Shown: positions 8,388-15,086 of the stretch, one piece after another
Layout: each line of letters opens with the position of its first letter
Numbering within the stretch: position 1 is the first letter of the stretch
The notes under the pieces: generated by a model
What the model saw: only the letters and a program-made list of their open reading frames with translations
Told to the model about the DNA's origin: nothing
The model's database searches: none
Source of the DNA: Verrucomicrobiia bacterium
Lineage (GTDB): Bacteria > Verrucomicrobiota > Verrucomicrobiia > Limisphaerales > DASXHY01
Length of the DNA stretch: 64,000 nucleotides
Reading direction: 5' to 3'
NCBI GenBank assembly: GCA_035765675.1
Contig: DASTXC010000007.1
Span: 7,696-71,695 of the forward strand
Made by a program: the position numbers and the translations under genes

Positions 8388-8909
8388 ATGAAAAAACAAT
8401 ACCCGCAAGAATCGTGGTGGATCGACGGTCTTAAGTTATCTGCTTCTGCAATTGATCGCACTGGTGTCTTTAGCTCTCGGTTTATACGGGAAGGCACTGT
8501 CGTAATACGATGGGGCGGAATCGTCTTTACAGGCTCTGAAATGCGTGAGGGAAAAGCATGCCAGCATACGTATGTAGGAATTGACGACGATCTATTTTTG
8601 GCAAATCCAGCAGCTCAGCCACCTGGCCTTGATGACTTTATGAATCATTCATGCGATGGGAACTTATGGATGGAAGATGACACAACACTGATAGCTCGAC
8701 GAGACATTATGGCGGACGAAGAATTAACCTCCGACTATGCACTGTGGCTCAACTTGCCCGAGTATCGAATGAAGACTCCATGCAATTGCCACTCACCTTT
8801 ATGTAGGCATACGATTACCGGTTTGGACTGGCGAATTCCCGAGGTTCAGAAAAGATATTTTGGTCACTTCTCTCCATTTATTAATAAACTCATTCTAAAA
8901 AACTCCTAA
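8388..8909 (+). CDS. SET-domain protein (lysine methyltransferase fold)
   Basis: FMNHSCDGNL ... ADEELTSDY are SET motifs, and a Cys-rich post-SET stretch CNCHSPLCRH follows. The start was chosen at MKKQYPQE. The longest ORF begins at 8334. Confidence 0.85.
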   Translation: MKKQYPQESWWIDGLKLSASAIDRTGVFSSRFIREGTVVIRWGGIVFTGSEMREGKACQHTYVGIDDDLFLANPAAQPPGLDDFMNHSCDGNLWMEDDTTLIARRDIMADEELTSDYALWLNLPEYRMKTPCNCHSPLCRHTITGLDWRIPEVQKRYFGHFSPFINKLILKNS

Positions 8910-8910
8910 T

Positions 8911-9618
8911 ATGCTCACTCTAATCACAGGCGGAAGTCGAGGTATCGGATACGCGATAGCTCAAGAAATGGCGAAAAAAGGAAGCGATTTGTTGCTGGTT
9001 TCACAGAATGCAAAAAAGTTGCAGACCGCATCGAACAAACTTAAAAAGCAATATCCGAAGTTAAAAATCAACTCCCATGTTTGCGATATGGGTTCGCAAG
9101 AAGAAATAAATATTCTCGCTGATGATTGTATCCGAACAAATCTCGTTCCAGATTTTTTGATACTGAACGCGGGTATCTTTCTTGAGGGAAGCTTAGTGAA
9201 CTCCAAGCCGCAGGACTACCGCAAAACCTTGGAGGTGAACCTGAACGCAATTTATTATTTAGTGCAGAGACTCGCTCCAAAAATGGCTTCCAAAAAAAAG
9301 CCGCGCATCGTTCTTATAGCATCTACAGCCGCATATGAAGCTTATCCTGTTGGGGCGTTATACGGCGTCGCGAAGTGGGCATTAAGGGGTTATGCTGTAA
9401 ACCTACGGAAGGAACTTATGAAGAACGGTATAGGAGTCACTCTAGTCGCTCCGGGTGGAACCCTGACGGACTTGTGGGCGGGTGAAGAGCTACCACCAAA
9501 TCGCCTATTAGAACCAAAAGATATCGGTACCATCATCGCTAACTTTGTAGATCTTAGTTCCCAGGCAGTTGTAGAAGAAGTAATTGTCCGACCAATGTTG
9601 GGCGATATGCACGAATAA
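8911..9618 (+). CDS. short-chain dehydrogenase/reductase (classical SDR)
   Basis: TGGSRGIGYAIA is the TGxxxGxG motif, LNAGI the NAG motif, and YGVAKWAL the YxxxK motif. It starts 2 nt after the SET stop. Confidence 0.9.
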   Translation: MLTLITGGSRGIGYAIAQEMAKKGSDLLLVSQNAKKLQTASNKLKKQYPKLKINSHVCDMGSQEEINILADDCIRTNLVPDFLILNAGIFLEGSLVNSKPQDYRKTLEVNLNAIYYLVQRLAPKMASKKKPRIVLIASTAAYEAYPVGALYGVAKWALRGYAVNLRKELMKNGIGVTLVAPGGTLTDLWAGEELPPNRLLEPKDIGTIIANFVDLSSQAVVEEVIVRPMLGDMHE

Positions 9619-9638
9619 AGCCCATCACCCTTAAAACC

Positions 9639-10475
9639 ATGGGGCTCGAAGTAATCACTGGCGGTATTGAAGTGGCCGGAAAGCTCTTTGAATCTTTCGG
9701 GAGTGTAATAGGGCGACGAATTAATATTAAAGAGCTAAAGAAATCAAATGATCGACATATCGACGATATATTAGATCTATATGAACGCATTTTTAAAGCA
9801 GAGCACAAGATTCCAGGATCAGATTTGATCGCTTGGCTTCAAACTCGAGACACGACAGAACCCGCAGAAGAACGAATTCAACAATGTTTACTTTTTGCCA
9901 AACGCAAATCCGCTGTCGTCGGAGTTCTCAAGGCGCTGTATTGTCCACAATCTCGGTATGTGTTGGTCTCCTATTTAGGGATTGATAAACAATCCGACAC
10001 CGTTAGTCGAAAAGTTGCCCGAAAGATGATGATTAGCTTTTTTGCTCGTTTCTTGAACCGGAAATGGAAGGATTATCGCGGGATAGTCTTTGAAATTGAG
10101 ACGGCACTTCCTGGCATGGTTAAGGCTGAAAAGGACGAATGCAGGGCCCGGCTCAGATTGTTTCGAGATATTGCAACGCAACAAAATAGCCGGGCATTGC
10201 ACATTAAGATGGATTACCACCAGCCGAAGATGGCGGATGAGGAGAATTACACCGGCACCGGACGTAAGATGACTTTAATGTTTATACCAAAAAAGCATAG
10301 CGGTGACTTTATTGCCAAAGCAATCGTGGAAAATCTGCTTAAATTTTTACTTTTCCGAGTTTACGGAACTACACAGACAATATCGGGAAGAAGGAAGGAA
10401 GCATACGGGAAGTATCTCAATGGTATTTACAAGTTAACAGTTAATCAACTCACCGAGCATGTAGATGTTGAATAG
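9639..10475 (+). CDS. hypothetical protein (orphan; possibly GNAT-like fold, unverified)
   Basis: 278-aa ORF with no competing ORF, AT-rich codon usage like its neighbours, and an 11-nt overlap with the downstream kinase-like gene. Confidence 0.55.
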   Translation: MGLEVITGGIEVAGKLFESFGSVIGRRINIKELKKSNDRHIDDILDLYERIFKAEHKIPGSDLIAWLQTRDTTEPAEERIQQCLLFAKRKSAVVGVLKALYCPQSRYVLVSYLGIDKQSDTVSRKVARKMMISFFARFLNRKWKDYRGIVFEIETALPGMVKAEKDECRARLRLFRDIATQQNSRALHIKMDYHQPKMADEENYTGTGRKMTLMFIPKKHSGDFIAKAIVENLLKFLLFRVYGTTQTISGRRKEAYGKYLNGIYKLTVNQLTEHVDVE

Positions 10476-11058
10476 GTTAGAACAAGAGTCTGCTTGCCCC
10501 TGTATTATTCTCATCGGAACTACTGGCGCGGGAAAGTCGCTGTCGTGTGAACTGGTTGAGCGATTTTATATGGCTGAAAGGGTAAGAAGATTTACCACCA
10601 GAGCACCGAGAAATGATGATGACGCGAAATTGGTAGTTCATGTGGAACACATTGCCCCTGAGAGGAATTCATTTGTGTATGAAGGTTGGGGTGACACCCG
10701 CTATTGTATACAATCGTCCGATATGATTGCGATTCGGGCCAAATTAAAAAGTCCATTGGTCGAATTGGGAGATCCAACGGACGCTATCAGATTTAGAATG
10801 CAATTTGCACCCGCTAAAATTGTTTGCCTCTGGCGAGATATGAATGTAGAAGGGCTCGAAAAGCTGTTTGGCACAAGGAACATTTCTGAAGAGCAAAAGA
10901 AACTTAGGTTGGAGTCACTTGAAGAGGATATTCTTAGGCTTCGAATTAGCTCTAACAATTATGATTTCGTTATTCAAAATAATTCATCTGCGGATGCTCT
11001 CTTCGAAAGCTGGCGGGAGATTCTAAAACAATTGAATGTGCCAGCAATCGAGAATTAG
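10465..11058 (+). CDS. guanylate-kinase-like P-loop kinase
   Basis: The P-loop is GTTGAGKS. RFTTRAPRNDDD matches the GK TTRxPR motif. The lid and C-terminal pattern is LRLESLEEDI...NYDFVIQNN. Confidence 0.65.
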   Translation: MLNRLEQESACPCIILIGTTGAGKSLSCELVERFYMAERVRRFTTRAPRNDDDAKLVVHVEHIAPERNSFVYEGWGDTRYCIQSSDMIAIRAKLKSPLVELGDPTDAIRFRMQFAPAKIVCLWRDMNVEGLEKLFGTRNISEEQKKLRLESLEEDILRLRISSNNYDFVIQNNSSADALFESWREILKQLNVPAIEN

Positions 11059-11073
11059 CGAGGGGCGTATTAA

Positions 11074-11972
11074 GAGCGTGTCTGAAAAATCATGAATGAA
11101 GCGGAATCAGGCCAGGCGGCGGAGTTGGATTCGGATCATGGCGATGTGGATCCAGGCTTCGGCGCTGGACTCGGTGGTTTCGTAATCGCGCACCAGACGG
11201 CGATGGCGCATCAACCAGCCGAAGGTGCGCTCCACGACCCAGCGACGCGGCAATACTTTGAATCCTTTGACGTCATCGGAGCGTTTGACCACCTCGACGT
11301 TCAGCCTGGGCCGAATGGTTTTAACCCACTGGGCGAAGGCTGGGCCGGTGTAGCCACCATCCACCCACAGAATTCGCAGCCAGGTGAACCAGCTCAGGGA
11401 TTGTTTCAAAAGCAGTTGCGCTCCGTCGCGTTCAGTGGTGCTGGCCGGAGTGACCATCACGCCCAGAATCAATCCCAGAGTGTCCACCAGCAAATGGCGT
11501 TTGCGGCCGTTGATCTTTTTGCCGGCGTCGTAACCCACAACTCCGCCGTGGCCGTCGGACTTGACGCTTTGGCTGTCGAAGAATCGCCGCCGTGGGTCGG
11601 CTGCGCTTGCCGTGCGTTCGGCGAACCAGGACGCGCAGCGCGTCATGGATCGCAGTCCAGTGGTCATTGGCGATCCATTGGCGGAAGACGTGGTAAACGG
11701 TTTTCCAGTTGGGAAAGTTGGCGGGCAGATAGCGCCAGGGGCAGCCGCTTTTGACCAGATAGAGAATGGCGTCCAGTATCCGTCGCCGGTCTTTGGGTGG
11801 ACGTCCGCGTTTGGCTGGTTTGGGAAGCATCGGTTTGAGGTAAGTCCATTGGGCGTCCGTAAGATCAGTGTCGTATTTGGCGATTTTCATCGCCTGACTG
11901 GCGCTACCGCGAATCAAAGCCAACCACATCGCCAGCAAAATCAAGCTCTTTCTCTATTTTTCAGACAGGCTC
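11074..11972 (-). mobile_element. IS5-family (IS427-group-like) insertion sequence
   Basis: The terminal IRs are gagcgtgtctgaaaaat (11074-11090) and atttttcagacaggctc (11956-11972), matching at 16/17. They are flanked by TAA on both sides (11071-11073, 11973-11975), which I read as a putative TSD. The element is 899 bp. Confidence 0.85.
11107..11890 (-). CDS. IS5-family DDE transposase in two overlapping frames (orfA 11432-11890, orfB 11107-11667)
   Basis: orfA reads MKIAKYDTDLTDAQWTYLKPMLP..GRPPKDRRRILDAILYLVKSGCPWRYLP. orfB reads FFDSQSVKSDGHGG..GKKINGRKRHLLVDTLG..WVDGGYTG..RRWVVERTFGWL. orfB is in the +1 frame relative to orfA. Confidence 0.8.
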
Positions 11973-12030
11973 TAAGACTTTGCCGATAAGCATGAATGTG
12001 GCAGATATTACTCACATTGGGTAATTTGGA

Positions 12031-12052
12031 AACTTGTCCCTCGCGACAAGTT
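12031..12052. promoter_or_regulatory. palindrome aacttgtc-N6-gacaagtt (operator or recombination site candidate)
   Basis: 8-bp perfect arms, upstream of the 12088 gene. It shares AACTTGTC..GCGACAA with the site at 12525-12544. Confidence 0.4.
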
Positions 12053-12087
12053 GCCGGGTCTGGGGCAATTAGCCTATCCGGTCTATT

Positions 12088-12366
12088 ATGGACGGCATGA
12101 CAGACAAAAAATATTTTTGGTCGTATCAGGAGGTAGCCGATTTTCTTAAGGAGAACGATTTTGAATTTATGAGCGGTTCAAATGGCTCGACCGGAGCATG
12201 GATAAGATTGAATGAGAATGGCGAGCCGGACACTGTGTTTGAATTAAAATTCACCCCCACCAATTACACAAAAAAGCAGATCAGTCGAATAATCCGCATG
12301 TCCGAGATTCCTGAGAGCAAGTGGATCGAATGGTTTGAAGAACGACTGAATGAAGCCGCACCATAA
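12088..12366 (+). CDS. small hypothetical protein (weak HicA/YcfA-like flavour)
   Basis: 92-aa ORF. The ADFLKENDFEFMSGSNGS pattern is reminiscent of HicA-type folds, with low certainty. Confidence 0.4.
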   Translation: MDGMTDKKYFWSYQEVADFLKENDFEFMSGSNGSTGAWIRLNENGEPDTVFELKFTPTNYTKKQISRIIRMSEIPESKWIEWFEERLNEAAP

Positions 12367-12494
12367 GCAGCTTAGCCACAATCTTAGGAATTCAATTCAC
12401 GCCAAAATTCCGGTTTTTCGCGTTGCCTTTTTCACTTTTTGAGCTTCGGAAGAAGTGGTAAACTTTGCTTGTCAAAACCCTCATTTTTTCCCTG

Positions 12495-12525
12495 CTGGTG
12501 CGAACATCCTTCAAGTCCCGCAGCA
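12495..12525. repeat. 31-nt perfect direct repeat, copy A (ctggtgcgaacatccttcaagtcccgcagca)
   Basis: Identical to 15172-15202. The flanking homology is much weaker. Confidence 0.85.
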
Positions 12526-12544
12526 ACTTGTCGTCCGCGACAAC
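12525..12544. promoter_or_regulatory. palindromic site aacttgtcg-tc-cgcgacaac abutting repeat copy A
   Basis: The arms are ttgtcg/cgacaa. The site sits exactly where homology to the intact recombinase gene ends. Confidence 0.4.
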
Positions 12545-12557
12545 ATTTTATGTCTGT

Positions 12558-12581
12558 AAAAGCCCTCAACTGAGGGCTTTT
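12558..12581. terminator. bidirectional rho-independent terminator
   Basis: The sequence is aaaa-agccctca-ac-tgagggct-tttt. Confidence 0.65.
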
Positions 12582-12756
12582 ATAATTTCAGGAGTTTCAC
12601 TTTTTACCTCCGAGCAACTTAGTAATTCTAAACACCATAAACGCGGTAAACGGCATACCCTGACATTGTGCATAAAAGCATTGCCCTAAAATTTCCATAA
12701 GTGTAGTCTTAGAGGGTAGGTTTTCTCCGTCTCATCTGTGGTGTTCAATTCATTAT

Positions 12757-14577
12757 ATGAAATTACGGTCTATTTCTATTAGGAACTTCCGATGCTTGGA
12801 CGAAGCGTCCATTTCCATTCGGGATCTAACAAGCCTTATCGGTCCTAACAATTGCGGTAAATCCTCTGTGCTCCGCGCCATTGAGATTTTTTTAAATCAG
12901 CAATCTCCTACGCTTCAAGAATGGCGTGTGGGTCACAGTGATAAAGCTATCGTGATCGAGGGAGAATTTGATAGCCTTCAAGAGTGGGAAAGATCGACAT
13001 CCGGCGTGGCAGGCCTTGTTTATAATGACAAAATAAAATTAAGGGTAAGTTTTTCAATTAATTCCGAAACGGAAAAAGTAGAAAAGGTTTATGAGGCCTT
13101 CAAACAGGAAGAGACCATTGCTGGATGGTCTGACAAATGGTCTGACCTTGCCGATAATATTAAGGCGATCGCCGAAGGTGCTGGCGTCAATGGCACTGGC
13201 TGGCGCACCGCCGGCAAGCGAGAACAAGTGAAAAGCGTCATCCGTCAGACCAAAGCGGACCTTGTCACCTACGGTGAGGCAAAATGGTCGACCGAAAATA
13301 TCAGTATTGACGCAGCGCTCCAGCAGGCTATCCCCCAGGCGCAGCTGATTCCAGCGGTCCGCGACGCGAGTGATGATAGTAAACCCGGGTCAAAAACTTC
13401 ATTCGGTCTGATTCTGAGCAAAATCCTTCTACCGGCGATTCAAGCATCAAGCGAATATACAGAATTGATGAGCGCTGTTCAAAAGCTTCAAACAAAACTC
13501 GCGGCAGAGGGCGCAGATCAAATTGAAAAAATCCGAGAAATCACAAAGTTGTTATCAGGCCGTCTTTCGTCGGTTATCGACGCAAAGGTGCTCCTTACAA
13601 TGACCACACCGGATGCGGAAAAGTTTATTGGATCCAATACCGGTCTTGAGCTCGATGACGGCACTCGGACATCAATAAATTTACAAGGTAATGGTCTTCA
13701 ACGTGCTCTCGTATTTGCATTAATGGAGACACTGGCCGCGCAAAATGCACAGATATTAGATGAGCAAGGAAAGCCTGCCCGTTCCCGGAGCACCCTGGTC
13801 CTTTTCGAAGAGCCGGAGCTTTTCCTGCACCCACACATTATGAGAAGTCTGAAACAGGCATTACATGTCATTTCTCAAAAATCGGATTGGCAAGTAATTC
13901 TAACGACACATTCACCGTTCATGATCGACATTGCTGATGACCCCTTGTCATTAGTGATTTTTAGGAGAGAAAATTCCAAAACTCCTCCAAAAGCAATTCA
14001 GTTGAAAGTTGATCCTTTCGGACAGGATGAGGATTCAAAGCGGGACAGAGAAGCGTTACGCGCCGCGCTCAATTTTCATCCAACCGTATGCGAAGCATTC
14101 TTTGCTAAACGGACGGTGCTCGTGGAAGGCGATTCCGAAATGGCGGTGCTTGTCAGGCAGCCAGAACTGTATGCAAAGGCTGAAGTAGATTTAGAAAAGC
14201 GACAACATTGCACTATGGTTTCGTGTGGAGGAAAGTGGACCATTCCGCCAATGGCAAATTTGCTCAAACAATTTGGTATTCCATTTCGCATAATTCATGA
14301 TCAAGATAAAAAAGGACGGTCGAATGCGGAACTGGCGGAAGCGGTGGCTATTGATCCATACCGAGCTAACGCGCGCATTGCTGCTTTTGCGTCACCAGAA
14401 AATATTCTTATTGTCGATGATACCCTAGAAGATTTGTTTTGGCCTCCTGACAAACGGCCAAAATCATCCGGTGATAAACCACATCGCATTTGGAAACGAG
14501 TGAAGGAGTTAGTAGAGGGTCAAGAACCGCTCAATGCGGAAATCAAAGCATTTGTTCAGTTTGCGTTCAACTGGTAA
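12757..14577 (+). CDS. OLD-family ATP-dependent nuclease (ABC-type ATPase + TOPRIM)
   Basis: The N-terminus is MKLRSISIRNFRCLDE. Walker A is GPNNCGKSS, the signature-like motif LQGNGLQRAL, Walker B LVLFEEPELFLHP and the H-loop LTTHSP. The C-terminal Toprim has VLVEGDSEMAVL and HDQDKKG. Confidence 0.85.
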   Translation: MKLRSISIRNFRCLDEASISIRDLTSLIGPNNCGKSSVLRAIEIFLNQQSPTLQEWRVGHSDKAIVIEGEFDSLQEWERSTSGVAGLVYNDKIKLRVSFSINSETEKVEKVYEAFKQEETIAGWSDKWSDLADNIKAIAEGAGVNGTGWRTAGKREQVKSVIRQTKADLVTYGEAKWSTENISIDAALQQAIPQAQLIPAVRDASDDSKPGSKTSFGLILSKILLPAIQASSEYTELMSAVQKLQTKLAAEGADQIEKIREITKLLSGRLSSVIDAKVLLTMTTPDAEKFIGSNTGLELDDGTRTSINLQGNGLQRALVFALMETLAAQNAQILDEQGKPARSRSTLVLFEEPELFLHPHIMRSLKQALHVISQKSDWQVILTTHSPFMIDIADDPLSLVIFRRENSKTPPKAIQLKVDPFGQDEDSKRDREALRAALNFHPTVCEAFFAKRTVLVEGDSEMAVLVRQPELYAKAEVDLEKRQHCTMVSCGGKWTIPPMANLLKQFGIPFRIIHDQDKKGRSNAELAEAVAIDPYRANARIAAFASPENILIVDDTLEDLFWPPDKRPKSSGDKPHRIWKRVKELVEGQEPLNAEIKAFVQFAFNW

Positions 14578-14603
14578 CATCATAAATTTGTTAACTTGTC
14601 TGG

Positions 14604-15041
14604 ATGCAAAACAATCATCCGTTCACGCTCTCCGAGCGCGCATTAGCAGAATACAAGAAAGTGTATCAAGATGAGTTCGGCAGTGGCGATTCCGATGAGG
14701 AGATATATGAATCCGCATACAACCTGATGAAGCTATTCCAGCTTCTTCTTAAATCTTCGCCGCAAAAGGTCGCAGACAGAAAGATTGGAGTTACCATACA
14801 AGAATTCAAAGCACTCAAATACCTCCATCACGCCATATATCATAAAGGAGAATCGCCGTCAGTCCGCGACGTGGGTGCTGCCATGGGGTTCCGATCCTCC
14901 CGCTCGGGCCAGGTAATCATAGAGAAACTGATGGAAAAGGGATTTGTGTATCGCGATCAGGACGGCCGGATGCAACTTTCTGAACCCGTCCGTGGATGTG
15001 ACGCCAACCTGTGGGAACTTGCCGTCCAAGACAAGAAATAG
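14604..15041 (+). CDS. LexA-type winged-helix DNA-binding protein (no peptidase domain) with a distinct 45-aa N-terminal module
   Basis: ESPSVRDVGAAMGFRSSRSGQVIIEKLMEKGFVYRD resembles the LexA N-terminal wHTH. The N-terminal LSERALAEYKKVYQDEFG..LMKLFQLLL is paralogous to the 46-aa ORF at 16942-17082. Confidence 0.65.
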   Translation: MQNNHPFTLSERALAEYKKVYQDEFGSGDSDEEIYESAYNLMKLFQLLLKSSPQKVADRKIGVTIQEFKALKYLHHAIYHKGESPSVRDVGAAMGFRSSRSGQVIIEKLMEKGFVYRDQDGRMQLSEPVRGCDANLWELAVQDKK

Positions 15042-15086
15042 GGTCTTCGTTGATTCGGCTGAGAGGCTATATTTAACCGACGGAAC

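Larger units (their letters stand above)
12383..12547 (-). pseudogene. orphan 3'-terminal remnant of a serine-recombinase gene
   Basis: The minus-strand frame reads ..KLLRDLKDVRTSREKMRVLTSKVYHFF.. The intact recombinase C-terminus reads ..TLLRDLKDVRTRADKIKLLISKVYHHF.. An upstream stop lies at 12548-12550 and there is no N-terminal part. Confidence 0.7.

Noticed and set aside
12465-12689. 74-aa plus-strand ORF, and the analogous 15124-15462 ORF.
   Set aside because: Both are antisense read-throughs of recombinase 3'-end sequence (remnant and intact copy). Their shared LVRTSFKSRS peptide simply mirrors the 31-nt repeat.
12757-14577. Gabija (GajA/GajB) or PARIS (AriA/AriB) assignment for the OLD-like protein.
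   Set aside because: No UvrD-type helicase or separate DUF4435 gene is adjacent, and the only partner is a wHTH protein. I call it OLD-family only.
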